This document shows, one piece after another, positions 1-10,094 of a stretch of DNA of 64,000 nt. A program made the translations under genes and the position numbers. The notes under the pieces are model-generated. The model worked only from the letters and a program-made list of their open reading frames with translations, made no database searches and had not been told where the DNA came from. This DNA is from Trypanosoma brucei (lineage: Eukaryota): contig CM000208.1 of assembly GCA_000002445.1 (NCBI GenBank), forward strand, positions 2,624,001 to 2,688,000, written 5' to 3'. Position 1 is the first letter of the stretch. Every line of letters starts with the position of its first letter.

Positions 1-295
1 TGAGAAGAAACTATAATGGATCAGGGCAAAAAGCGCTCCTGTTGGGACCAAAACAGAAAAAATCCAACAATAACAACAGGCGTGACAAGCATGCGTAAAG
101 GCTCCTGAGTCCTCAGAGGCAATTACAGTCGTTCATTCACCATTTCCCCACTTAGCTTTGCATCTTGCTCCGTTAGACATGCTGAGATACGAAATGTTTT
201 CTTACCTTCTTGCGTTGCCAAATCGTCCGCCTTCTCAGTTGCATGTTAACCGACGTTCACTTTTTCTACGCCGCCAAGCCCTACGACAAACGGCT

Positions 296-601
296 CTAGA
301 ATTCCTCTTCGTCCTCCTCCTGCGGCCCCCCTTCACGCTCAGGCATTTGCAATCCAAATGGCGGCGCGCGTACAACTGGTGACAACGTTGGGATCAAGAC
401 GGACGCTCCTTCGGCGATGGCGTTGGGGCCACTCAATACAAAGAGACTGAGCACCATCCCGGCACCGATAGACGGCATCCACCAGTTAACCTTCGTTACG
501 AACCAATCAGCAGCATGGTCGAAAAGATGGTGAAGTTTTTGATAAAAATACTTCTCTTCCCAGGTTGCCTGGGGGACGGCGGGGCGACCGAACATCATCA
601 C
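296..601 (-). CDS. Candidate small protein (101 aa) with one predicted TM helix (MPSIGAGMVLSLFVLSGPNAIA) and an acidic EEDEEEF C-terminus
   Basis: ORF on the same strand as the whole gene array, downstream of the 786-aa gene. The minus-strand flank at 880-1045 (A-rich, then (CA)n on the plus strand) is T- and TG-rich, so it could serve as a splice-acceptor tract. No family recognised. Confidence 0.3.
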   Translation of the reverse strand: MMMFGRPAVPQATWEEKYFYQKLHHLFDHAADWFVTKVNWWMPSIGAGMVLSLFVLSGPNAIAEGASVLIPTLSPVVRAPPFGLQMPEREGGPQEEDEEEF

Positions 602-1018
602 TGCAGAGGACTTGTTACACTAACGAGAAGGTAGTCTGTTACACAAGCACACAAGGAAGAAGATTGTTACAAAGGGCAGAAACTGTATCCAACCAACCCA
701 TAGACACATATTTGCATGTGTTGGACTGAGCGTTGAGAGTGCGGAGTTGACGATGAGAAAGCAGAAAAAGTATAAATAGGGGTTAGTGGCTGCATTCGAG
801 ATTGATGAGGTGCTGCTCCACACATGTGCAGAATTGTGTGCGTTGGTTCCCCATGCAGCATGACTTTCCCCCCTTCCAAGGCGATTAAAAAGAAAGTAAT
901 AATAATAAAGGACCTAATGAACTAATCAAAAAATAAATAACCTCTGTGAAAAAATAGCTCAGCCAATGCCGCTTCCAAATCTTTTAGTGGGATGCTCAGA
1001 AGAATAGCAACGGTAAAA

Positions 1019-1045
1019 ACACACACACACACACACACACACACA
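1019..1045. repeat. (CA)12 microsatellite
   Basis: Direct reading: acacacacacacacacacacacac. Confidence 0.95.
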
Positions 1046-1171
1046 TATCTTGTTCGCCAGCCTGTGGGCATTGTGTTTGAAAAGCAATCGGTCACTTCAC
1101 TCACATCTGCTGTCTCTGATTTTTGGGAGCTACCGCTGTCCCATAAGGGACACTACGCTACCCACCGCAGC

Positions 1172-3532
1172 TCACTTTGCATCTGCCGGCATGCTCGACT
1201 CTAAGTGTATCTGAAGATCTCTTGCATACTGCATAACATCAAAACCATCATCGTTTACTATGAGATCAAAAACTGACGTCCCTCCGATCAAAGAGACGCC
1301 AACCATAAACCTCAGCGACGCATCGCAGAGCTCAATGGCCACTATGGCATCAACCAAAGCTGTCGATACTGGGCCCGTGGACGCAGAGACTTGGCAAGCA
1401 CAAGTTTTTTTCTCTCTTGAACTACTACCCCTTCGTGCGGCTCGTGGATGGCCAACATGTCGCAGCAACGCGTGAGCACAAGTAATCTTTACCAATACAC
1501 TCATCATGACCACATCAACTGCATCCCTACATATGGCTTTAACTGTCAGAAAGTACGAATGGAGTAGTGCCGAACATTGTGGCAAGACTTGCGGTACGGT
1601 TGGCTCCTCAACCGAACGAGCTAACGACCAAGCGTACCACACGTCCCACTGGTTCTCGCACCGGTTAAAGAAATCAACCGTCAGGTTGCAGTCACACTCA
1701 GCATTCCCTCGCAGTGCGCCAAAAAGCACTTCTGCTTGCTCCTGAGGGGATTTGAATGAATGCGATGACACGTGTAAAACGAAGTCCCCCTTGTCAATGA
1801 ACTGAAAAAGGTGCCGCTGCTGTACTAATGTCGATTCCTGGGTCATACCCAGCAGGGCACTGGCGGTACGACATTTAACCGACTGGCCTCCCTCACGGAT
1901 AACAACGTGTTCCCGTTGCTCAAGTGCGCTTTGTATTGCGTTTAGGGCTGGTGTGGTGATTGCTTGTAGCGATGGTATGAAAACAACTTGCTGAAAAGCT
2001 GTGTTCAGTGTGCCCCCTCGAACCCACTCGACGTGGGGAGCCACCCCGTCTTCCGTAGGTAACATTACATGGGAAGCTGGTGCGCGTGCATACATTGGAA
2101 GTAGTGCTTTTTCCAACCCATGTACCACCGGTGACACAAAATTTGTTTCCTCCCCCAGCTCAAGCAAGAATGTCCGCAGTGGAGTAAGGGTATCTGCCGA
2201 CCCCACCACACTAGTGACGACACCACCGTCCTGCAATTTCGAGGACGCGAGGACGATACCCGCTGCCGCCCACAGTGAGATCGGCAACGCGGAGACATCT
2301 AGTGCCGCCAGAATTGCTTCCATTCTCGTTCTCCCATGCGACCCCCTGAATCCTCCGCCAGCTTTCGCGGCAGCAAACGTAACCGCGCCGGCCACGCATT
2401 CCCAACAGCACCTCGCTTGATAAACAGCGCAAACCTCATTGTGCTCACTTGTTTTTGCCATTCCTACCCCGCCACATGGGCGCGCTGAAGGGAAGGGTGG
2501 GGTTAATGCCTCCGCGGTTGACTGCTGATTTGACCACTGCGGGGAAAACCGTGCCGTCCGAACAAAGCGAGCTTTCAGCAGAATCCGTGTGGGTGAAGAA
2601 TCGGGTCCCTTTTTCGAATATAAGGTTGTCCCTCGACCAATTGCGGATGTTTCCACTAATCCCACTGCATGAATACGCTCACCGACCACCAGCGTTTCCT
2701 TCATTTCTAGCTGAGGAATGAATGAGAGATCTAGCCAAAGTGGTTGTTGAGCCACGACACCGACACCGTTGGAGGTCTGGGTTCGCAGCTCCGCAATAGG
2801 CATCGGGTCGCTTGATTCGCGGTGGAGGAAGAAAATACTAGTGATGTGCCCTATAACTTCCCACCATCTCCCGCTCCCGATTAAACCATCACCCGGCCGG
2901 CTGTGCATCGAACGCAGGCCTTGAAGTTGAAGAAAACTCGGCAGCCCGTCCGCAGCGACATGCAACCCTACCTTCAGCTCCTCTGCCCGTATCAAATCCC
3001 AAAAGGCGCATGACCATCGGGATGTGTGCACACATATCATGCACGGAAAGTTCGCGTCACCCGGTCGTACCTCGCAGGTAGGAACGTTTCTCGTGGCAGG
3101 TTCGACTACATGATAGCATGGTTTGTTAAGAAGATTGGCTTCCTTATCTATCGCCACCAAGGCCGCTTCGTGTCTCAGCCAGTTCATTAGCACTTCTTCC
3201 ATAACTTCATCTAGTCTCCTGGGTGACATGACCAGAAGTGAGCCCAAAGTGGGATACTTTGATATCACCTCCATCATATGCACAATCAGTCGGAGGTTTA
3301 CTTGGTTGCAAGCAACTTCTGCGGAGGGAAGCACCCTTGTTACCGTTTCCGCCAGAAACGATAGTTCTGAAAGCAACTGCTCCCGTGTGCTGTCGCCTCC
3401 AAGCAATAGAGTCTGCGCTTCCTGCTTCTCCGTATCGGTACAACCATCGACCATTAAGAGGGTGTCGCTGTGACCCTCTACCATTGTAGAGGCAGTGACG
3501 CAAAAAAGTAGCCCCTCTGATACCGAACACAT
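1172..3532 (-). CDS. Hypothetical protein, 786 aa (true start possibly at internal MVEGHSD). A weak resemblance to a GT4-type glycosyltransferase C-terminal half is not secure.
   Basis: Long uninterrupted ORF on the array strand. Composition matches neighbouring genes. No decisive motif. Confidence 0.6.
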   Translation of the reverse strand: MCSVSEGLLFCVTASTMVEGHSDTLLMVDGCTDTEKQEAQTLLLGGDSTREQLLSELSFLAETVTRVLPSAEVACNQVNLRLIVHMMEVISKYPTLGSLLVMSPRRLDEVMEEVLMNWLRHEAALVAIDKEANLLNKPCYHVVEPATRNVPTCEVRPGDANFPCMICVHTSRWSCAFWDLIRAEELKVGLHVAADGLPSFLQLQGLRSMHSRPGDGLIGSGRWWEVIGHITSIFFLHRESSDPMPIAELRTQTSNGVGVVAQQPLWLDLSFIPQLEMKETLVVGERIHAVGLVETSAIGRGTTLYSKKGPDSSPTRILLKARFVRTARFSPQWSNQQSTAEALTPPFPSARPCGGVGMAKTSEHNEVCAVYQARCCWECVAGAVTFAAAKAGGGFRGSHGRTRMEAILAALDVSALPISLWAAAGIVLASSKLQDGGVVTSVVGSADTLTPLRTFLLELGEETNFVSPVVHGLEKALLPMYARAPASHVMLPTEDGVAPHVEWVRGGTLNTAFQQVVFIPSLQAITTPALNAIQSALEQREHVVIREGGQSVKCRTASALLGMTQESTLVQQRHLFQFIDKGDFVLHVSSHSFKSPQEQAEVLFGALRGNAECDCNLTVDFFNRCENQWDVWYAWSLARSVEEPTVPQVLPQCSALLHSYFLTVKAICRDAVDVVMMSVLVKITCAHALLRHVGHPRAARRGSSSREKKTCACQVSASTGPVSTALVDAIVAIELCDASLRFMVGVSLIGGTSVFDLIVNDDGFDVMQYARDLQIHLESSMPADAK

Positions 3533-3748
3533 TTAGATACAAATAGGAAGAAAAGGAGAGTGGTGGACACAGCAACTCAACCTAACGATTATATAGGCTC
3601 GTATACTAGGTGAGAATAGTAAATACTGTTAGTGTAGCGAACATCCATAAAGAAAAGCCCCTGTCCAACCATCCCGCCGTTCTCCTACCTTTTGAAACAT
3701 ACTCCTCCCCGACCACATGTTGCCTTTCGATGCGCAGTAGCCAGCTCC

Positions 3749-4693
3749 TTACTTCGGCACTGGGATACGATGCTGTAGTGCAACTCCATGCCACCCCAGT
3801 TCTTCCTCAACGCATCGGTTGAGCTCCTCGTCCCTCGCAAGACGTCGGGCACTAGCGCGCATTGCAGCGCTGCCCTCGCAATCGCTTCGCTCGGAACGGT
3901 TAAGCCGCTGAAGTTCTTCACGTATGCGATGGACTGTCGCTTCCGTCAACTGCTCTACGCGCTCAGGTGTATCGAACACCTGGTTCCTTCCCGGTGTGGT
4001 ATCGCGGGAATCTGCATGTCCTTCCAGCCGACATGACATTGTGGACGAAGGTGACACGACACTAGCAACTCCTGCCTCACTACTTTCCCTAGACAAGGTA
4101 ACTGAAGTAGGAAGCCGGACCCACGCTCTGCGTGCCGAGCGAAACCACCCGAGCAGGTCGTCGAGCTGTGCCCAACCGATGGACTCTTCCAGCAGAGGGA
4201 GGCGCTGGTGGACTTCATATCTGTAAAGGTTCTGGCCGTCCCGCACGCGCTGGCGTTCGTATTGTGTAAGATTCACCCAAGCCTTACTTCTATCTTCTAA
4301 CCCCAACTGGCACATCTTTTCCCACAGTTTTGCGCTGATGGCGGATTCAGCACATCGATGAAGGGACGGGATTAGATAACTCCAATTGCATGTGTCATGG
4401 CAATGCCGCTGCAGACCTGCGCACGACCCGTTGGGGGGCCTGCTATGCAGAATCAATTTCCTATGATACAGCTGACCGGACTCTGGCATCGTTGCCTGAG
4501 AGGAGTGCCTCACACCATTTAGGACACCAAGAGCCCGTCCCGAATGCCGCCTCGCGTCGGGATTTTCATACAATAAATCACCGCGACCACTCCCGCCGTA
4601 TACTCGGCGTGAAGGAGTTAGGGTCAGGGAAACGGCATCGGGAAAAACTCCGCCGCCTCGGCGTATTAGTCCCGCTGAAGCCCCCATCTTCAT
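3749..4693 (-). CDS. Hypothetical protein, 314 aa
   Basis: ORF on the array strand. Arg-rich, no recognisable domain. Confidence 0.5.
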   Translation of the reverse strand: MKMGASAGLIRRGGGVFPDAVSLTLTPSRRVYGGSGRGDLLYENPDARRHSGRALGVLNGVRHSSQATMPESGQLYHRKLILHSRPPNGSCAGLQRHCHDTCNWSYLIPSLHRCAESAISAKLWEKMCQLGLEDRSKAWVNLTQYERQRVRDGQNLYRYEVHQRLPLLEESIGWAQLDDLLGWFRSARRAWVRLPTSVTLSRESSEAGVASVVSPSSTMSCRLEGHADSRDTTPGRNQVFDTPERVEQLTEATVHRIREELQRLNRSERSDCEGSAAMRASARRLARDEELNRCVEEELGWHGVALQHRIPVPK

Positions 4694-4995
4694 GATTGGC
4701 TATTGCTACAACATCCGACCAATAGCGAAGCGTACATAGGTGCGCGTGACACAGTTATTCACGAGATCAGTAGGACAGAAGCAGATAACGACGACGATAA
4801 AAGTAAAAAGTAGAGAAACCAAACAAAAAAGTGGCACGAAAGGGGTTTACGCCCTCTCGGTGCCTATGTGTAATGAAGATGAGATGTTTGCACATCTCAT
4901 GCGCCTTCAGTCTCCGTAGGACGCCATACATTTAGCTGCTTTGACCAACCTACCCTGCACACACTGGCCGAAGATCCTCCAAATCACCCACCTGT

Positions 4996-5586
4996 TCAAC
5001 CAGTGTTACCCGAGTACGTATTCCTGGAAAAGTCATCGTCGCGACTCCTCTCAGAGCGATACCAGTAATGGTCCTTTTGTTGCTGTTGGTCCCGGGACAG
5101 TATGGACCAGTTCCGTTCACTGTTTCGGATATTCCAGTGCGGTTCACGAACATAAAGTTGCCCACTTGTAACCTTCATTGTTGCATTACTGTACTTAGTT
5201 GCCTTTTCTTTTTCCATGTCAATAATGCGGCGGAGCTCGTTCCGCTTGGCCTCATCTTGCGTTGTACTAAGTAGAAACTCTAGCTTGCTGATGTGGTCCA
5301 ATGATCCCGCCCTTTGCGCATGGCAGTGGTCATCAATCACTTGGCTACCTTCAACAGAAGAGTCCGTGTACTGTTGTAGTTCGTACTCAAGATGGTTGCT
5401 AACGTTAGGGGAAGGAATGCGGTTTTTGTGTGTCACATTCACCTCGTAAAGAACGGTGGCTGCAGCCGAGGCAAGAAATATGCCCCAAGTACGATAGGGG
5501 TGTTGTTGCACCCACCGCCTCGTGCGGTAAAGCCAGGAAGATATTTCCTTCCCAAGAAATGGAATGGGCACCACCTTCTCACGCAT
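4996..5586 (-). CDS. Hypothetical protein, 196 aa, with one hydrophobic segment (WGIFLASAAATVLY)
   Basis: ORF on the array strand between two larger genes. Confidence 0.45.
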   Translation of the reverse strand: MREKVVPIPFLGKEISSWLYRTRRWVQQHPYRTWGIFLASAAATVLYEVNVTHKNRIPSPNVSNHLEYELQQYTDSSVEGSQVIDDHCHAQRAGSLDHISKLEFLLSTTQDEAKRNELRRIIDMEKEKATKYSNATMKVTSGQLYVREPHWNIRNSERNWSILSRDQQQQKDHYWYRSERSRDDDFSRNTYSGNTG

Positions 5587-5901
5587 GTCAAACCTAACGA
5601 CAGCACTACTGGCTTTCCTTCTGCTTGACTGACACTCACAAATACATGGAATAGCAAGAGATGCGCGCAGCGATGGCTGGGCGGGACAAACAATGTCATT
5701 GCGTTTACAGACAGCAACTCATCAGCTGCTCAAAGGGGAAAACGGACGCTGTTGTAGGGGGTGGGAGGAAGTTCCACATAACTGGTTTCCGTGTCCGATC
5801 GGTTCCCTGCTATGTTAAATTTACAAACTACGAAGGAAGCGCGTAGTAGTGGCGTCTCCGCGCAACTTGGTAGACTTCAAATCTTACACTGTTTTCACGA
5901 G

Positions 5902-7353
5902 CTATTCGCTTGCATCGCATTTTTCCTGTATTTTCCTCAGCAGGGAGAAAGTCACGTTTTCCCCCAACACTAGATGTCTTTCCGCAGTCGTCAGAAAATC
6001 ATACGAGGGGCGTAAACGCCGGAGTTCTGACAGGAGAATGTCACTGAATGGGCCATCTTGGAACGGTCCTGTTTCCGAGTCGGGCGAGCTGCGCAAACAG
6101 CTCTTCAACTTAGCAGCTTGACCGAGACGGAGGAGAAATCCTGAGTAAGTGGCGCAACAACGGCCCCTTATGGTGGGCAACAGTACTTCATAACGCCTAA
6201 GTTCACTCTCTAGGAAACGTGCTGGAAGCCAAAGAAAACGTACGCTGCACAACAAAGACTCTATGGCACCTTCTTTACATGTACAGTTTGAGTCTGGTAC
6301 TGACTCAGGTTTGTCCACCCTTGTTGAAGTGTGCGAAACAGAACCTGTGTGTCTCGATGCCGATGCGAAGCGAACGCAATCCCCCGTGCGATCCGTGAAG
6401 TGTAGCTCACATGCTGCACAAGCAATTTTGTAGGGCATGATTTCATTGGGAAACCCTGTATTCTCCAGCACCTTTCCAAGAACGGAGTACGGAAGATGAG
6501 CCAGTGCATCAACGGAAGTGGTTGTACCTTCAGTACGCAAGACACTGAGTTTCCTTTCCGTATGCTTGGGAGTCTCAATTCCAATAACGCTTTTATTCAA
6601 CCGCTCCACTAACAACGACGCGTAACGGTCTAGGAGGTTGTCGCTAGTCGTCCCAAGAGCCGACGCCAAGAGTTCCTCGCCAAACGAGTTCGGCAGCGTC
6701 TCCCTGCACCTCCAGCAGGCAGGCGGAGGTAAGTTGTAGAAGGTTGTAAGAAGGTCCACAACGTCCAATAACGAGCCGTCAGCCGACTCCAACGACGCAT
6801 TTGGCACACAGCAACCACAGTTGATTTGTGCTCCTTTGGAAGACGCTGCGCCCTCCACGCATTCTCCTCCCTCTTCTTCCCCTGTAAAAGTAGATTGGCA
6901 CGATCCTCCCTGCTGTGGTCCTACACCAGAAGGCACCCTAAAACGTGGCGACAAATCTGACATCGGTTTCACCTCCGATGTTTGGCAGCAACAACAACGA
7001 ACCGAGGGAAACAGGATGAAAGGAAGGGGCTTGGACGCACTTCTGTTACAACATAAAGTCTTTGTTGGTGTAAAAGCACCGTTCTCTTCCCCCAACCTCG
7101 GTCGATCGCCAACATCAACACGGAAAGAATCTAACTTTTTGCGCAGCGACGCCATTTCTCGCTTCAGCTCAATAATATCACTCACATTGACTTCCGCCGC
7201 TCGCCATTCCCGGGGCCGCACCCCCTCATGCCCCGTAGAAAAATCTAAGCTATCGTAAGACGGGGGCGGATCCAGCTGTATCGGAAAGTGGCGTCCATCC
7301 GATGGGGTTTCCAAGGGGAAAACAATATCGTATGGAGGCGGCGGAGAGCCCAT
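5902..7353 (-). CDS. Hypothetical Cys-rich protein, 483 aa, with two N-terminal PPxY motifs (PPPPY at residue 5, PPPSY at residue 30)
   Basis: Long ORF on the array strand. N-terminus reads MGSPPPPYDIVFPLETPSDGRHFPIQLDPPPSYDSLDF. Several CxxC pairs occur later in the protein. Confidence 0.6.
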   Translation of the reverse strand: MGSPPPPYDIVFPLETPSDGRHFPIQLDPPPSYDSLDFSTGHEGVRPREWRAAEVNVSDIIELKREMASLRKKLDSFRVDVGDRPRLGEENGAFTPTKTLCCNRSASKPLPFILFPSVRCCCCQTSEVKPMSDLSPRFRVPSGVGPQQGGSCQSTFTGEEEGGECVEGAASSKGAQINCGCCVPNASLESADGSLLDVVDLLTTFYNLPPPACWRCRETLPNSFGEELLASALGTTSDNLLDRYASLLVERLNKSVIGIETPKHTERKLSVLRTEGTTTSVDALAHLPYSVLGKVLENTGFPNEIMPYKIACAACELHFTDRTGDCVRFASASRHTGSVSHTSTRVDKPESVPDSNCTCKEGAIESLLCSVRFLWLPARFLESELRRYEVLLPTIRGRCCATYSGFLLRLGQAAKLKSCLRSSPDSETGPFQDGPFSDILLSELRRLRPSYDFLTTAERHLVLGENVTFSLLRKIQEKCDASE

Positions 7354-7359
7354 TAAACA

Positions 7360-7856
7360 AAAAAAAACCTACGGGCGCACCTTCCAGCAAATTAAGCAGC
7401 CAACGCAACCGATTACAAACAGCGGCTAGGCCAAAGCCTGAAAACAGTACCTTGCTCTTATATGCATTGCACAGAACAAATAACAAAAAACAAAACAAAA
7501 AGATGATTAAAGTAAGGGGGAAAACAGCGTCATCAAGCAATGATAAAAATAAAAATAATAATAATATAACAAAACAAATTTACGCCCCACAAGAAACAAC
7601 GTTATAACTAACAACATATACATCAAATATATATACATGCAAAGAATAAAAGTGATAATCTAGAAGTTATCATTTCTCAAAACAACAGAAAAATAAAAAT
7701 AATAAAACACACGAACAATAAAAAACGCAACAGTAATGAAAATGTAACTTCCGACAATACCATAAAAAAAGGAAAGACGAAAAACATCAACAAAGAAAAA
7801 TTCATCTACAAAAGTAAATATCAAAGCACTGCAGAAAACATAAAAAGGGAAATACA
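7360..7856. promoter_or_regulatory. Extremely AT-rich (about 75-80% A+T) 3' flank of the repeat-protein gene; candidate 3'UTR and polyadenylation region
   Basis: Direct reading: long A-runs and AT/ATA runs immediately downstream (lower coordinates) of the stop at 7857. Confidence 0.5.
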
Positions 7857-10094
7857 TTAATCAAATTCTTCAACATCTAAACCTACTAATGCTTCACCAC
7901 CCTCAGGTGCCACTGCCTCAGGTTGTGCTTCTGCAGGAACTTGCTGTGGCTCTTCAAGCTCTTCAACTGCTTCCACTGCTATGTCACCCTCAGGTGCCGC
8001 TGCCTCAGGTTGTGCTTCTGCAGGAACTTGCTGTGGCTCTTCAAGCTCTTCAACTGCTTCCACTGCTATGTCACCCTCAGGTGCCGCTGCCTCAGGTTGT
8101 GCTTCTGCAGGAACTTGCTGTGGTTCTTCAAGCTCTTCAACTGCTTCCACTGCTATGTCACCCTCAGGTGCCGCTGCCTCAGGTTGTGCTTCTGCAGGAA
8201 CTTGCTGTGGCTCTTCAAGCTCTTCAACTGCTTCCACTGCTATGTCACCCTCAGGTGCCGCTGCCTCAGGTTGTGCTTCTGCAGGAACTTGCTGTGGTTC
8301 TTCAAGCTCTTCAAGTGCTTCCACTGCTATGTCACCCTCAGGTGCCGCTGCCTCAGGTTGTGCTTCTGCAGGAACTTGCTGTGGCTCTTCAAGCTCTTCA
8401 AGTGCTTCCACTGCTATGTCACCCTCAGGTGCCGCTGCCTCAGGTTGTGCTTCTGCAGGAACTTGCTGTGGCTCTTCAAGCTCTTCAACTGCTTCCACTG
8501 CTATGTCACCCTCAGGTGCCGCTGCCTCAGGTTGTGCTTCTGCAGGAACTTGCTGTGGCTCTTCAAGCTCTTCAACTGCTTCCACTGCTATGTCACCCTC
8601 AGGTGCCGCTGCCCCAGGTTGTGCTTCTGCAGGAACTTGCTGTGGCTCTTCAAGCTCTTCAACTGCTTCCACTGCTATGTCACCCTCAGGTGCCGCTGCC
8701 TCAGGTTGTGCTTCTGCAGGAACTTGCTGTGGCTCTTCAAGCTCTTCAACTGCTTCCACTGCTATGTCACCCTCAGGTGCCGCTGCCTCAGGTTGTGCTT
8801 CTGCAGGAACTTGCTGTGGCTCTTCAAGCTCTTCAACTGCTTCCACTGCTATGTCACCCTCAGGTGCCGCTGCCTCAGGTTGTGCTTCTGCAGGAACTTG
8901 CTGTGGTTCTTCAAGCTCTTCAAGTGCTTCCACTGCTATGTCACCCTCAGGTGCCGCTGCCCCAGGTTGTGCTTCTGCAGGAACTTGCTGTGGCTCTTCA
9001 AGCTCTTCAACTGCTTCCACTGCTATGTCACCCTCAGGTGCCGCTGCCTCAGGTTGTGCTTCTGCAGGAACTTGCTGTGGCTCTTCAAGCTCTTCAACTG
9101 CTTCCACTGCTATGTCACCCTCAGGTGCCGCTGCCTCAGGTTGTGCTTCTGCAGGAACTTGCTGTGGCTCTTCAAGCTCTTCAACTGCTTCCACTGCTAT
9201 GTCACCCTCAGGTGCCGCTGCCTCAGGTTGTGCTTCTGCAGGAACTTGCTGTGGTTCTTCAAGCTCTTCAAGTGCTTCCACTGCTATGTCACCCTCAGGT
9301 GCCGCTGCCTCAGGTTGTGCTTCTGCAGGAACTTGCTGTGGCTCTTCAAGCTCTTCAAGTCCTTCCACTGCTATGTCACCCTCAGGTTGTGCCTCAGGTT
9401 GTGCTTCTGCAGGAACTTGCTGTGGCTCTTCAAGCTCTTCAACTGCTTCCACTGCTATGTCACCCTCAGGTGCCGCTGCCTCAGGTTGTGCTTCTGCAGG
9501 AACTTGCTGTGGCTCTTCAAGCTCTTCAACTGCTTCCACTGCTATGTCACCCTCAGGTGCCGCTGCCTCAGGTTGTGCTTCTGCAGGAACTTGCTGTGGT
9601 TCTTCAAGCTCTTCAAGTGCTTCCACTGCTATGTCACCCTCAGGTGCCGCTGCCTCAGGTTGTGCCTCAGGTTGTGCTTCTGCAGGAACTTGCTGTGGCT
9701 CTTCAAGCTCTTCAAGTGCTTCCACTGCTATGTCACCCTCAGGTGCCGCTGCCTCAGGTTGTGCTTCTGCAGGAACTTGCTGTGGCTCTTCAAGCTCTTC
9801 AAGTGCTTCCACTGCTATGTCACCCTCAGGTGCCGCTGCCTCAGGTTGTGCCTCAGGTTGTGCTTCTGCAGGAACTTGCTGTGGTTCTTCAAGCTCTTCA
9901 AGTGCTTCCACTGCTATGTCACCCTCAGGTTGTGCCTCAGGTTGTGCTTCTGCAGGAACTTGCTGTGGCTCTTCAAGCTCTTCAAGTGCTTCCACTGCTA
10001 TGTCACCCTCAGGTGCCGCTGCCTCAGGTTGTGCCTCAGGTTGTGCTTCTGCAGGAACTTGCTGTGGCTCTTCAAGCTCTTCAACTGCTTCCAC
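7857..10094 (-). CDS. C-terminal part of the giant repeat protein: about 25 tandem 28/29/33-aa units (EELEEPQQVPAEAQPEAAAPEGDIAVEAL). It is out of frame with the upstream part because of indels at about 10.10-10.22 kb.
   Basis: ORF with no unique N-terminus. It has the same repeat as the 3' end of ORF 10189..15138. The M at 10094 is internal to a repeat. Confidence 0.65.
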   Translation of the reverse strand: MEAVEELEEPQQVPAEAQPEAQPEAAAPEGDIAVEALEELEEPQQVPAEAQPEAQPEGDIAVEALEELEEPQQVPAEAQPEAQPEAAAPEGDIAVEALEELEEPQQVPAEAQPEAAAPEGDIAVEALEELEEPQQVPAEAQPEAQPEAAAPEGDIAVEALEELEEPQQVPAEAQPEAAAPEGDIAVEAVEELEEPQQVPAEAQPEAAAPEGDIAVEAVEELEEPQQVPAEAQPEAQPEGDIAVEGLEELEEPQQVPAEAQPEAAAPEGDIAVEALEELEEPQQVPAEAQPEAAAPEGDIAVEAVEELEEPQQVPAEAQPEAAAPEGDIAVEAVEELEEPQQVPAEAQPEAAAPEGDIAVEAVEELEEPQQVPAEAQPGAAAPEGDIAVEALEELEEPQQVPAEAQPEAAAPEGDIAVEAVEELEEPQQVPAEAQPEAAAPEGDIAVEAVEELEEPQQVPAEAQPEAAAPEGDIAVEAVEELEEPQQVPAEAQPGAAAPEGDIAVEAVEELEEPQQVPAEAQPEAAAPEGDIAVEAVEELEEPQQVPAEAQPEAAAPEGDIAVEALEELEEPQQVPAEAQPEAAAPEGDIAVEALEELEEPQQVPAEAQPEAAAPEGDIAVEAVEELEEPQQVPAEAQPEAAAPEGDIAVEAVEELEEPQQVPAEAQPEAAAPEGDIAVEAVEELEEPQQVPAEAQPEAAAPEGDIAVEAVEELEEPQQVPAEAQPEAVAPEGGEALVGLDVEEFD

